Source: Eledone cirrhosa
Lineage: Eukaryota
Assembly (NCBI GenBank): GCA_964016885.1
Contig: OZ024764.1
Location: forward strand, 1,054,001-1,118,000
DNA length: 64,000 nucleotides
Direction of reading: 5' to 3'
In this document: in pieces, positions 38,498 through 50,300 of the stretch
Position numbering within the stretch: position 1 is the stretch's first letter
Layout: every line of letters begins with the position of its first letter
The notes under the pieces: model-generated
The model's input: only the letters and a program-made list of their open reading frames with translations
Told to the model about the DNA's origin: nothing
Databases searched by the model: none
Translations under genes and position numbers: made by a program

Positions 38498-40222
38498 ATG
38501 GACGGAATTTTCACATCTCATCCTAACGTGAAAGCCACGCCCCCTAAGAAAGGTGATACAGAGAAGATAGAAGCACAAGGCTCTAAGTCTTCCCTCCTGA
38601 CTTCTGCAAAAGAAACATGGAACACGGAATTAAAAGAAAAATTTGTAAAAATGGGTGATAACCCAGAAAGTCACATAAACGCAGACAAAAACAACAACGA
38701 CAATAACAGCAATAGTCACAACACCAACCAAGGAAAAAATAACGATAACACCAAACAAAGCGAACCCACTACTGGTGCCTCCTTTGCACAGGCGGTCCGG
38801 AAAACACAAACCTGCAAGCAACTGGACATTACAACTCTGAGAGAAAAGATGAAGGAAGCGAAACAGTATGTAACTTTCAAAGAAGGAGGAGACTTCACAA
38901 TCACCTCCCCACAAGAAATCAAAAGAGACACGACGCTAAGAACGATATCTTTCAGAACAATTTCCAACATAACAAGGAAACCAACTCAATTATCCCAAAA
39001 AGAGATTGAGCTGGTCCTAAAAAATGTGTGGAGTGATATATCGTTCATACAAAAAGGGCCACTCTATGGGAATATAACGGTCCTAATGAAGGATCAATTG
39101 ACGACCAGGAAATACTCTGTGGCACCAATTGTTTCCAAGCTACATACATTTTTCCCCACATATTTAGGGAAAAGAACGCAGAAGATAAGGGTCTCCGGAA
39201 TCCGGCCAAATGCATGCATTTCCTGGGTACTAACAGGATTTTTAGAAGACGAGGACGGAATCCTCTCAGTAGGAGAAGTCACCATAGACGTTTTCGGCGG
39301 TTTGAGCGTGGAGGTTCTGGTCCAAATGAGACCAGAACGAATAGCTAGAATACCACAGAGGGTGTCCCTCGATGGAGAAACATTTATATATATTTCAGCC
39401 GAGGGTAGGAGGCCCATATGTTACTACTATTCAAGCAGGGGTCATCTAAGGGCTGCTTGTCCTCAATTGACAAAAAAAAAGGCTCTTTTGCCTACACCAC
39501 ACACACCACCACCGCCACCACCACCACCACCACCACAACAACAACAAAAACAACACGGAAAAATAACACAAGACACGGCCCCACCCAAAACAACTCCCAA
39601 AACACACACAAATACAACAAAACCCCAAAATACACCACTACCCGACAGCACGGACGAGGACCCAGCGGAAACGGCACCTAGTGACGAAGAGGGGGAACCC
39701 TTCCAACCTGTAAAAAGGAAAAAAAGAAAGCACCACTCGAACATAAACGAAACAAACACACAACCACCAACAAAAACAAAACAAACAGAACAAACAAAAT
39801 CCGCCCCACCCCAAAACATAACACATACAACAAAACGTAAGCACACACAAGAACAACAAACAAACACAACACAAATAAAACAGTATACATACATTAACAC
39901 AAATAACAAAGAACTAGTAAAAACAATACACAAAGACCCTTTGGTGGAAACTGAAGGGCAATTCTTTGCAAGCGCGGCCAACAAACCGCATTTAAAAATG
40001 ATAAGACTCCCAATGGACACCTATGCAAAACTAAGAGAGAACTTTCCTGAGGACGTGGGGAAAACATGTACTCGACCCTATAACCGCGTCCTCTTGAAAC
40101 GTTTCCCCACCCACACCTCACCAAACACCCCCACTCCACCACAGAACAACACCCCACCAAACAACCCCTCCAATACGCCCATGGATATTGTGCAACCTGC
40201 TCCTCAGGAGCCGAACAGGTAG
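38498..40222 (+). CDS. LINE ORF1 nucleic-acid-binding protein (574 aa from first ATG); zinc knuckle has Cys2->Tyr
   Basis: Open frame with SFAQAV, CYYYSSRGHLRAAC (copies 2 and 3 have CYYC, giving CX2CX4HX4C), a P/T/Q-rich tail and a basic KRKKRK motif. Ends 21 nt before ORF2. Confidence 0.85.
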   Translation: MDGIFTSHPNVKATPPKKGDTEKIEAQGSKSSLLTSAKETWNTELKEKFVKMGDNPESHINADKNNNDNNSNSHNTNQGKNNDNTKQSEPTTGASFAQAVRKTQTCKQLDITTLREKMKEAKQYVTFKEGGDFTITSPQEIKRDTTLRTISFRTISNITRKPTQLSQKEIELVLKNVWSDISFIQKGPLYGNITVLMKDQLTTRKYSVAPIVSKLHTFFPTYLGKRTQKIRVSGIRPNACISWVLTGFLEDEDGILSVGEVTIDVFGGLSVEVLVQMRPERIARIPQRVSLDGETFIYISAEGRRPICYYYSSRGHLRAACPQLTKKKALLPTPHTPPPPPPPPPPQQQQKQHGKITQDTAPPKTTPKTHTNTTKPQNTPLPDSTDEDPAETAPSDEEGEPFQPVKRKKRKHHSNINETNTQPPTKTKQTEQTKSAPPQNITHTTKRKHTQEQQTNTTQIKQYTYINTNNKELVKTIHKDPLVETEGQFFASAANKPHLKMIRLPMDTYAKLRENFPEDVGKTCTRPYNRVLLKRFPTHTSPNTPTPPQNNTPPNNPSNTPMDIVQPAPQEPNR

Positions 40223-40243
40223 GTCCTTCCTCTTTTAACCAAC

Positions 40244-43200
40244 ATGGCTGATATAAGAGTTGGGTGTCTGAATGTACGTGGCCTGGGACTGTCTTGGAAA
40301 CAAGGCAAACTTTTAAACGATCTCAGGTCGCATAGAATGGATGTAATGGCTATTTGCGAGTCCAGGATCAGCAGCGAGCACCAACTGGCGCCCCTCTTCG
40401 ACGACTTTGAGATCTTCGCATCTCTCTGTCAACCGGGGGGTGGGGGTGGAGTTGTCGTTCTGCTGCGAAAACACCTGGGCCTCGCCATACAGAAGGTGCA
40501 CCTGGACCCGGAGGGTCGACTGGTGGTTTTAGACGTCGGCAGTAGTGAAAGTGGAGCCCTTAGACTAATAGCTGTGTACGCCCCTTTTTGGGCAGCGCGG
40601 CCGGAATACTTCCAACGTCTGGAAACTTTTCTGGGAACGTCCCGCTCCTTGCTTTTAGTGGGGGACTGGAATGGTATCCTGGATGCACGTTGGGACTATG
40701 TAGGGGCATGTGCCAATAGAGGGGGGTGTAAAAGCCTCAAAAGGTTAATCGGCCGATTTGACCTGGCCGATAGATATCGACTAGATTTTCCGACTGTACC
40801 ACTATGGACGTGGACCAATCGCAGTGGAACATCTAGGTCGTACCTAGATAGGGTCCTAGTTAGAGAGAACGATAGGGACACATTTAGCTGTCCAAAAATG
40901 TTCATGGTTGACTATTCGGATCACAAGTTAGTGACCTGCATAGCCAACCTTGATAGAACCCATAGACAGGGACCCGGTTACTGGAAGCTGAACTTGTCCT
41001 TACCGAGAAGCAAAGCTTACAGTAAACGGATTAGCACGTTAGTTAAGCAGAGTTTGACAGGGGCAATTGTCAACAACAGGTGGTGGAGCTCTCTTAAGAG
41101 AGCAATTAGAATAGAATCGATAGGTTTTAGTCAGGAATTAGCAAGGGATAGGAACAAGACGGAAAGGGAATTAGTAGATAGAGTAGAAGAGGCGATTAGG
41201 AGTGGCAATGTAGCCAGCGTGCTGGCATCAAGAATGGCCTTAGACCAGTTCTTTGAGGTGAAGCATGAAGGCTGCGTTGTCAGGAGTAAAATACGTGCTC
41301 TGGGTAATGAGGGAGCCAAAGCTGTGAGCTGGGCCCGAGTGACAGAGGCAAAAAGTGGGAACAAGTCCACGATTCGGTCTTTGAAGGACCAGGATGGGCG
41401 TGTGATCCTTGAACCTGGGCAGATGTGTGCGGCCTTTCAGCGGCACTTTGCACGACTGTTCGAGAGGGGCGGCGCGCCGGGTGAGACTATGGATTTCAAT
41501 CCATACCTCGACGGTCTGCCGCGCCTCTCGGACGCGGAGGCGAAGTCCTGCGAAAGGACGATTTCAGCTGCTGAGATAGGGGCGGCGCTGAGCCAATGCG
41601 GCAAACGCAAATCCCCGGGTCTCGATGGTCTACCATACGAGCTATATGTAGCGATGCCGGACTTGTTCTCCGATATCCTCGAAGCGGTCTACTGCAACTG
41701 GCAGCAGAACGGGAGAATTCCCAGTTCTGTGACCAAGGGCGTAGTTACGCTGGTGAGGAAGGATGAGAACAAGGGGGATGACATAAGTAACTTCAGGCCC
41801 ATAACTCTGCTAAATACAGAGTTAAAGATTTTGGCCAAGGTGTTAGCGAAGAGGTTGGCGCTTGTCGTTGGAAACCTGGTGGGAGAAGCGCAGACATGCG
41901 CAATCCCGTCCAGGTCCATTCACGACAATCTCCACCTTATGCGATACATCATAGAGAGGGTAGGGAATGAACCCGGCTTTGGTGGGGCCCTGATCAACTT
42001 GGATCAATCTAAAGCTTTCGATAGGGTTGACCATCGTTACCTGGATGCGGTGCTCGCGGCGGCAGGCTTCGGACCCGTTTTCAGGGGTTGGATTGCTGCG
42101 ATGCACAGCAGCAACGTCTGCTCAAGGGTCAAGGTGAACGGCCACCTCTCGGAGCCGTTCCAAATCATGCGATCCATCCGACAGGGATGCCCTCTCTCCT
42201 CCCTACTGTATGTGCTGGCTCTTGAGCCACTACTGCGGAAGTTGGAGCGGTTGCAGGGCATCCCTTTGGAACCGGGATTGCAGAAAGCGGCGTCGGCCTA
42301 CGCCGATGACGTGACAGTAATGGTGTCGAAAACCTCGCAAATCGGTGAGATCGGCACCTTACTGGAGGAATATGAAAGGTTTACAGGAGCCAAGCTGAAC
42401 CGGGACAAGTCCGTCGGTTTGCAACTCGGAACATGGAGAGGCAAACCGATGCCCTCCAACGACGTCGTCGGACGCTGGACGGAGGGCCCGGTGAAGCTGC
42501 TTGGGGTCTGGTTCGGACCAGACCTCCAGGTGGAGAAAAACTGGAACGAGGTAACGGCCAGGGTGTTTGCACTCACCCAGAAGTGGGCCCAGTGCAAACT
42601 ATCCCTGAAAGGTCGAGCGGAGGTGGTGAATACTTATATAGCATCCGTCATCTACTACCGCTTGACCGTCGTGCCTTGCCCAGTGAAAAGACTCGCCAAA
42701 ATGGAGTGCGCGCTGTTCCAATTTCTTTGGAACAAGCGGACCCCTTTGGTGAGGAGATCCATCTGCTGTCAACACCCTTCGAAAGGAGGGCTGGGGATGC
42801 CGTGGCTACAGATGCGTAAACACGCATTAAGGCTACGGCACCTCCAGGTATTCCTCACCGGTCAACCGGTGTGGGCCCCGTTTGTGAGGCGAGCCTTTCC
42901 CAGACTCGTCTCGCTCACCGAGCTGCAATCCTGGGTCAAGCAAAGACCGAGAAAAGTGGGCGACTGGCACATTGAATGTGCCCAGGCGCTCACGGCCCTC
43001 TGGAAAGCGGACCCGGCAATCAGTGGAGACTCCACGTCGACATTCTATAGAGGGTTGGTACGCAGCAGGTGCGACGATGCTCTCGGAGAAGCTCTAGGCA
43101 TGGAGGAAGATGAACTGGCCAGTCTGTTCGGTAGGACGTTTGGCCCTGGACCGATGGACAACTTCCAAAAGTCCCTGGCTTGGCAGTGCTACCAAGGGGC

Positions 43201-43681
43201 TCTACCCGTTCGAGACAAGCTCCACAGGCATGGGAGCCTGGGTAGAGATCCTTTGAATAAGATCTGTCCGAGATGCGTGCATGATGACGAAACCGTTGCG
43301 CACGCATTCGTACACTGCCCAGGCATTGCTGACCTGTGGGGCTATGTGGAACGACTACTGTCGAGGGTGGGACCAATCCGGTTGACCACCGAGTCCATTG
43401 TCACGATCAAACCGCCTCCCCCTTTCAAAAACGAAGGAGAGGCGGTTTTTCTCTGTGTGGTAGCCATGGCTAAAGAAGTTGTATGGTGGACGAGGCTGAA
43501 AGGGCTGAGGTCAGACACCTTTCTCTCCGGCCAACAACTGGTCCCCTTTTTAAAATACCATTTTAAAAGAAGGATCAGAATGGAGAGAGAGGTGCTCTAC
43601 CCCAGCAAGTTTTATGAAAGGTGGGTGAAAGTAGGGAGAATGGCCAGAGTGAATGGGTCTTCTCTCTATATCAGCCTGTAG
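40244..43681 (+). CDS. LINE ORF2: AP-like endonuclease, reverse transcriptase and C-terminal Zn finger, 1145 aa
   Basis: Endonuclease motifs NVRG, E, YAP, GDWN, SYLD, SDH; GYWKLN; RT motifs KSPGLDG, NFRPITLLN, LDQSKAFDRV, QGCPLS, YADD; GGLG; CPRC..ETVAHAFVHC. Confidence 0.96.
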   Translation: MADIRVGCLNVRGLGLSWKQGKLLNDLRSHRMDVMAICESRISSEHQLAPLFDDFEIFASLCQPGGGGGVVVLLRKHLGLAIQKVHLDPEGRLVVLDVGSSESGALRLIAVYAPFWAARPEYFQRLETFLGTSRSLLLVGDWNGILDARWDYVGACANRGGCKSLKRLIGRFDLADRYRLDFPTVPLWTWTNRSGTSRSYLDRVLVRENDRDTFSCPKMFMVDYSDHKLVTCIANLDRTHRQGPGYWKLNLSLPRSKAYSKRISTLVKQSLTGAIVNNRWWSSLKRAIRIESIGFSQELARDRNKTERELVDRVEEAIRSGNVASVLASRMALDQFFEVKHEGCVVRSKIRALGNEGAKAVSWARVTEAKSGNKSTIRSLKDQDGRVILEPGQMCAAFQRHFARLFERGGAPGETMDFNPYLDGLPRLSDAEAKSCERTISAAEIGAALSQCGKRKSPGLDGLPYELYVAMPDLFSDILEAVYCNWQQNGRIPSSVTKGVVTLVRKDENKGDDISNFRPITLLNTELKILAKVLAKRLALVVGNLVGEAQTCAIPSRSIHDNLHLMRYIIERVGNEPGFGGALINLDQSKAFDRVDHRYLDAVLAAAGFGPVFRGWIAAMHSSNVCSRVKVNGHLSEPFQIMRSIRQGCPLSSLLYVLALEPLLRKLERLQGIPLEPGLQKAASAYADDVTVMVSKTSQIGEIGTLLEEYERFTGAKLNRDKSVGLQLGTWRGKPMPSNDVVGRWTEGPVKLLGVWFGPDLQVEKNWNEVTARVFALTQKWAQCKLSLKGRAEVVNTYIASVIYYRLTVVPCPVKRLAKMECALFQFLWNKRTPLVRRSICCQHPSKGGLGMPWLQMRKHALRLRHLQVFLTGQPVWAPFVRRAFPRLVSLTELQSWVKQRPRKVGDWHIECAQALTALWKADPAISGDSTSTFYRGLVRSRCDDALGEALGMEEDELASLFGRTFGPGPMDNFQKSLAWQCYQGALPVRDKLHRHGSLGRDPLNKICPRCVHDDETVAHAFVHCPGIADLWGYVERLLSRVGPIRLTTESIVTIKPPPPFKNEGEAVFLCVVAMAKEVVWWTRLKGLRSDTFLSGQQLVPFLKYHFKRRIRMEREVLYPSKFYERWVKVGRMARVNGSSLYISL

Positions 43682-43917
43682 GTGAAAGAAGAGGAAAAAG
43701 AGGAGACGAGGGAAGCACCTACTCTTTGTGCTCCTGAGGAGAAGGGTTGCACATTTTTTCCGGGGTGTGTGCGACCCATGTTAATGCCCCTCCCTATTGA
43801 GGACTTCGTTTGTTGTTGTTATTTCATTGTTATATTTTTGTACTCGTTAATTATATGTAAACTTCCCCCCTTGTATCTGTCCCAACCTTTTGTGCCCTGG
43901 TGGCAAATAAAGAAACC

Positions 43918-45400
43918 ACTCTATATATACTATTGTATTGTCACATAATATCTCACATAACATTTACGTTACTCTATATATACTATTGTATTTTCACAGT
44001 AAAGGCTTTACCTCACATAATATCTCACATAACATTTACGTTACTCTATATATACTATTGTATTGTCACAGTAAAGGCTTTACCTCACATAATATCTCAC
44101 ATAACATTTACATTACTCTATATATACTATTGTATTGTCACAGTAAAGGCTTTACCTCACATAATATCTCACATAACATTTACGTTACTCTATATATACT
44201 ATTGTATTGTCACAGTAAAGGCTTTACCTCACATAATATCTCACATAACATTTACGTTACTCTATATATACTATTGTATTGTCACAGTAAAGGCTTTACC
44301 TCACATAATATCTCACATAACATTTACATTACTCTATATATACTATTGTATTGTCACAGTAAAGGCTTTACCTCACATAATATCTCACATAACATTTACA
44401 TTACTCTATATATACTATTGTATTGTCACAGTAAAGGCTTTACCTCACATAATATCTCACATAACATTTACATTACTTTATATATACTATTGTATTGTCA
44501 CAGTAAAGGCTTTACCTCACATAATATCTCACATAACATTTACATTACTCTATATATACTATTGTATTTTCAGAGTAAAGGCTTTACCTTACGTAATATC
44601 TCACATAACATTTATATTACTTTATATATACTATTGTATTGTCACAGTAAAGGCTTTACCTCACGTAATATCTCACATAACATTTACATTACTCTATATA
44701 TACTATTGTATTGTCACAGTAAAGGCTTTACCTCACATAATATCTCACATAACATTTACATTACTCTATATATACTATTGTATTGTCACAGTAAAGACTT
44801 TACCTCACATAATATCTCACATAACATTTACATTACTCTCTATATACTATTGTATTTTCACAGTAAAGGCTTTACCTCACATAATATCTCATATAACATT
44901 TACATTACTCTATATATACTATTGTATTGTCACAGTAAAGACTTTACCTCACATAATATCTCACATAACATTTACATTACTCTATATATACTATTGTATT
45001 GTCACAGTAAAGGCTTTACCTCACATAATACCTCACATAACATTTACATTACTCTATATATACTGTTGTATTGTCACAGTAAAGACTTTACCTCACATAA
45101 TATCTCACATAACATTTACATTACTCTATATATACTATTGTATTGTCACAGTAAAGGCTTTACCTCACATATCTCACATAACATTTACATTACTCTATAT
45201 ATACTATTGTATTGTCACAGTAAAGGCTTTACCTCACATAATATCTCACATAACATTTACATTACTCTATATATACTATTGTATTGTCACAGTAAAGACT
45301 TTACCTCACATAATATCTCACATAACATTTACATTACTCTCTATATACTATTGTATTTTCACAGTAAAGGCTTTACCTCACATAATATCTCACATAACAT
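43918..45400 (+). repeat. 72-bp array, segment 2 (21 units)
   Basis: 1483 bp equals 21x72 minus a 7-bp junction loss and 19-bp and 3-bp internal deletions. Confidence 0.96.
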
Positions 45401-45601
45401 CTCGTATACGAGAGACGTGTGTGAACAAGCTCGGCTACCGAGTCGGATTTACTTACTCAAAAAGTGAGTTTTGATTAATTTTTTTATACTGTAATATACG
45501 TTAACCCCTTGCCTTGGTCGTCAAACTTTGAGTTTATTTATTTTCGCCCCTTTTTGGGGCGAATTTTCCAGTTAAAAATTTATTACGGCAAACTAATAGA
45601 A

Positions 45602-47324
45602 ATGGACGGAATTTTCACATCTCATCCTAACGTGAAAGCCACGCCCCCTAAGAAAGGTGATACAGAGAAGCTAGAAGCACAAGGCTCTAAGTCTTCCCTC
45701 CTGACTTCTGCAAAAGAAACATGGAACACGGAATTAAAAGAAAAATTTTTTAAAATGGGTGAAAACCCAGAAAGTCACATAAACGCAGACAAAAACAACA
45801 ACGACAATAACAGCAATAGTCACAACACCAACTAAGGAAAAATAACGATAACACCAAACAAAGCGAACCCACTACTGGTGCCTCCTTTGCACAGGCGGTC
45901 CGGAAAACACAAACCTGCAAGCAACTGGACATTACAACTCTGAGAGAAAAGATGAAGGAAGCGAAACAGTATGTAACTTTCAAAGAAGGAGGAGACTTCA
46001 CAATCACCTCCCCACAAGAAATCAAAAGAGACACGACGCTAAGAACGATATCTTTCAGAACAATTTCCAACATAACAAGGAAACCAACTCAATTATCCCA
46101 AAAAGAGATTGAGCTGGTCCTAAAAAATGTGTGGAGTGATATATCGTTCATACAAAAAGGGCCACTCTATGGGAATATAACGGTCCTAATGAAGGATCAA
46201 TTGACGACCAGGAAATACTCTGTGGCACCAATTGTTTCCAAGCTACATACATTTTTCCCCACATATTTAGGGAAAAGAACGCAGAAGATAAGGGTCTCCG
46301 GAATCCGGCCAAATGCATGCATTTCCTGGGTACTAACAGGATTTTTAGAAGACGAGGACGGAATCCTCTCAGTAGGAGAAGTCACCACAGACGTTTTCGG
46401 CGGTTTGAGCGTGGAGGTTCTGGTCCAAATGAGACCAGAACGAATAGCTAGAATACCACAGAGGGTGTCCCTCGATGGAGAAACATTTATATATATTTCA
46501 GCCGAGGGTAGGAGGCCCATATGTTACTACTGTTCAAGCAGGGGTCTCTAAGGGCTGCTTGTCCTCAATTGACAAAAAAAAAGGCTCTTTTGCCTACACC
46601 ACACACACCACCACCGCCACCACCACCACCACCACCACAACAACAACAAAAACAACACGGAAAAATAACACAAGACACGGCCCCACCCAAAACAACTCCC
46701 AAAACACACACAAATACAACAAAACCCCAAAATACACCACTACCCGACAGCACGGACGAGGACCCAGCGGAAACGGCACCTAGTGACGAAGAGGGGGAAC
46801 CCTTCCAACCTGTAAAAAGGAAAAAAAGAAAGCACCACTCGAACATAAACGAAACAAACACACAACCACCAACAAAAACAAAACAAACAGAACAAACAAA
46901 ATCCGCCCCACCCCAAAACATAACACATACAACAAAACGTAAGCACACACAAGAACAACAAACAAACACAACACAAATAAAACAGTATACATACATTAAC
47001 ACAAATAACAAAGAACTAGTAAAAACAATACACAAAGACCCTTTGGTGGAAACTGAAGGGCAATTCTTTGCAAGCGCGGCCAACAAACCGCATTTAAAAA
47101 TGATAAGACTCCCAATGGACACCTATGCAAAACTAAGAGAGAACTTTCCTGAGGACGTGGGGAAAACATGTACTCGACCCTATAACCGCGTCCTCTTGAA
47201 ACGTTTCCCCACCCACACCTCACCAAACACCCCCACTCCACCACAGAACAACACCCCACCAAACAACCCCTCCAATACGCCCATGGATATTGTGCAACCT
47301 GCTCCTCAGGAGCCGAACAGGTAG
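45602..47324 (+). pseudogene. Disrupted ORF1 of copy 2
   Basis: CAA->TAA at 45833-45835 plus a 1-bp loss nearby, and a 1-bp deletion in the zinc-knuckle His codon at about 46546. Confidence 0.8.
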
Positions 47325-47345
47325 GTCCTTCCTCTTTTAACCAAC

Positions 47346-50300
47346 ATGGCTGATATAAGAGTTGGGTGTCTGAATGTACGTGGCCTGGGACTGTCTTGGA
47401 AACAAGGCAAACTTTTAAACGATCTCAGGTCGCATAGAATGGATGTAATGGCTATTTGCGAGTCCAGGATCAGCAGCGAGCACCAACTGGCGCCCCTCTT
47501 CGACGACTTTGAGATCTTCGCATCTCTCTGTCAACCGGGGGGTGGGGGTGGAGTTGTCGTTCTGCTGCGAAAACACCTGGGCCTCGCCATACAGAAGGTG
47601 CACCTGGACCCGGAGGGTCGACTGGTGGTTTTAGACGTCGGCAGTAGTGAAAGTGGAGCCCTTAGACTAATAGCTGTGTACGCCCCTTTTTGGGCAGCGC
47701 GGCCGGAATACTTCCAACGTCTGGAAACTTTTCTGGGAACGTCCCGCTCCTTGCTTTTAGTGGGGGACTGGAATGGTTTCCTGGATGCACGTTGGGACTA
47801 TGTAGGGGCATGTGCCAATAGAGGGGGGTGTAAAAGCCTCAAAAGGTTAATCGGCCGATTTGACCTGGCCGATAGATATCGACTAGATTTTCCGACTGTA
47901 CCACTATGGACGTGGACCAATCGCAGTGGAACATCTAGGTCGTACCTAGATAGGGTCCTAGTTAGAGAGAACGATAGGGACACATTTAGCTGTCCAAAAA
48001 TGTTCATGGTTGACTATTCGGATCACAAGTTAGTGACCTGCATAGCCAACCTTGATAGAACCCATAGACAGGGACCCGGTTACTGGAAGCTGAACTTGTC
48101 CTTACCGAGAAGCAAAGCTTACAGTAAACGGATTAGCACGTTAGTTAAGCAGAGTTTGACAGGGGCAATTGTCAACAACAGGTGGTGGAGCTCTCTTAAG
48201 AGAGCAATTAGAATAGAATCGATAGGTTTTAGTCAGGAATTAGCAAGGGATAGGAACAAGACGGAAAGGGAATTAGTAGATAGAGTAGAAGAGGCGATTA
48301 GGAGTGGCAATGTAGCCGGCGTGCTGGCATCAAGAATGGCCTTAGACCAGTTCTTCGAGGTGAAGCATGAAGGCTGCGTTGTCAGGAGTAAAATACGTGC
48401 TCTGGGTAATGAGGGAGCCAAAGCTGTGAGCTGGGCCCGAGTGACAGAGGCAAAAAGTGGGAACAAGTCCACGATTCGGTCTTTGAAGGACCAGGATGGG
48501 CGTGTGATCCTTGAACCTGGGCAGATGTGTGCGGCCTTTCAGCGGCACTTTGCACGACTGTTCGAGAGGGGCGGCGCGCCGGGTGAGACTATGGATTTCA
48601 ATCCATACCTCGACGGTCTGCCGCGCCTCTCGGACGCGGAGGCGAAGTCCTGCGAAAGGACGATTTCAGCTGCTGAGATAGGGGCGGCGCTGAGCCAATG
48701 CGGCAAACGCAAATCCCCGGGTCTCGATGGTCTACCATACGAGCTATATGTAGCGATGCCGGACTTGTTCTCCGATATCCTCGAAGCGGTCTACTGCAAC
48801 TGGCAGCAGAACGGGAGAATTCCCAGTTCTGTGACCAAGGGCGTAGTTACGCTGGTGAGGAAGGATGAGAACAAGGGGGATGACATAAGTAACTTCAGGC
48901 CCATAACTCTGCTAAATACAGAGTTAAAGATTTTGGCCAAGGTGTTAGCGAAGAGGTTGGCGCTTGTCGTTGGAAACCTGGTGGGAGAAGCGCAGACATG
49001 CGCAATCCCGTCCAGGTCCATTCACGACAATCTCCACCTTATGCGATACATCATAGAGAGGGTAGGGAATGAACCCGGCTTTGGTGGGGCCCTGATCAAC
49101 TTGGATCAATCTAAAGCTTTCGATAGGGTTGACCATCGTTACCTGGATGCGGTGCTCGCGGCGGCAGGCTTCGGACCCGTTTTCAGGGGTTGGATTGCTG
49201 CGATGCACAGCAGCAACGTCTGCTCAAGGGTCAAGGTGAACGGCCACCTCTCGGAGCCGTTCCAAATCATGCGATCCATCCGACAGGGATGCCCTCTCTC
49301 CTCCCTACTGTATGTGCTGGCTCTTGAGCCACTACTGCGGAAGTTGGAGCGGTTGCAGGGCATCCCTTTGGAACCGGGATTGCAGAAAGCGGCGTCGGCC
49401 TACGCCGATGACGTGACAGTAATGGTGTCGAAAACCTCGCAAATCGGTGAGATCGGCACCTTACTGGAGGAATATGAAAGGTTTACAGGAGCCAAGCTGA
49501 ACCGGGACATGTCCGTCGGTTTCCAACTCGGAACATGGAGAGGCAAACCGATGCCCTCCAACGACGTCGTCGGACGCTGGACGGAGGGCCCGGTGAAGCT
49601 GCTTGGGGTCTGGTTCGGACCAGACCTCCAGGTGGAGAAAAACTGGAACGAGGTAACGGCCAGGGTGTTTGCACTCACCCAGAAGTGGGCCCAGTGCAAA
49701 CTATCCCTGAAAGGTCGAGCGGAGGTGGCGAATACTTATATAGCATCCGTCATCTACTACCGCTTGACCGTCGTGCCTTGCCCAGTGAAAAGACTCGCCA
49801 AAATGGAGTGCGCGCTGTTCCAATTTCTTTGGAACAAGCGGACCCCTTTGGTGAGGAGATCCATCTGCTGTCAACACCCTTCGAAAGGAGGGCTGGGGAT
49901 GCCGTGGCTACAGATGCGTAAACACGCATTAAGGCTACGGCACCTCCAGGTATTCCTCACCGGTCAACCGGTGTGGGCCCCGTTTGTGAGGCGAGCCTTT
50001 CCCAGACTCGTCTCGCTCACCGAGCTGCAATCCTGGGTCAAGCAAAGACCGAGAAAAGTGGGCGACTGGCACATTGAATGTGCCCAGGCGCTCACGGCCC
50101 TCTGGAAAGCGGACCCGGCAATCAGTGGAGACTCCACCTCGACATTCTATAGAGGGTTGGTACGCAGCAGGTGCGACGATGCTCTCGGAGAAGCTCTAGG
50201 CATGGAGGAAGATGAACTGGCCAGTCTGTTCGGTAGGACGGTTGGCCCTGGACCGATGGACAACTTCCAAAAGTCCCTGGCTTGGCAGTGCTACCGAGGG

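Larger units (their letters stand above)
38287..43917 (+). mobile_element. Full-length Tx1/L1-type non-LTR retrotransposon, copy 1
   Basis: Starts CTCGTATACGAG after the satellite's CACATAACAT. Contains ORF1 and ORF2. Ends AATAAAGAAACC before ACTCTATATATAC. Confidence 0.95.

Noticed and set aside
43900-45474. His/Tyr-rich ORFs in the 72-bp arrays, superficially zinc-finger-like
   Set aside because: Translations of an AT-rich satellite that is open in two frames. No C2H2 spacing or TGEKP linker.
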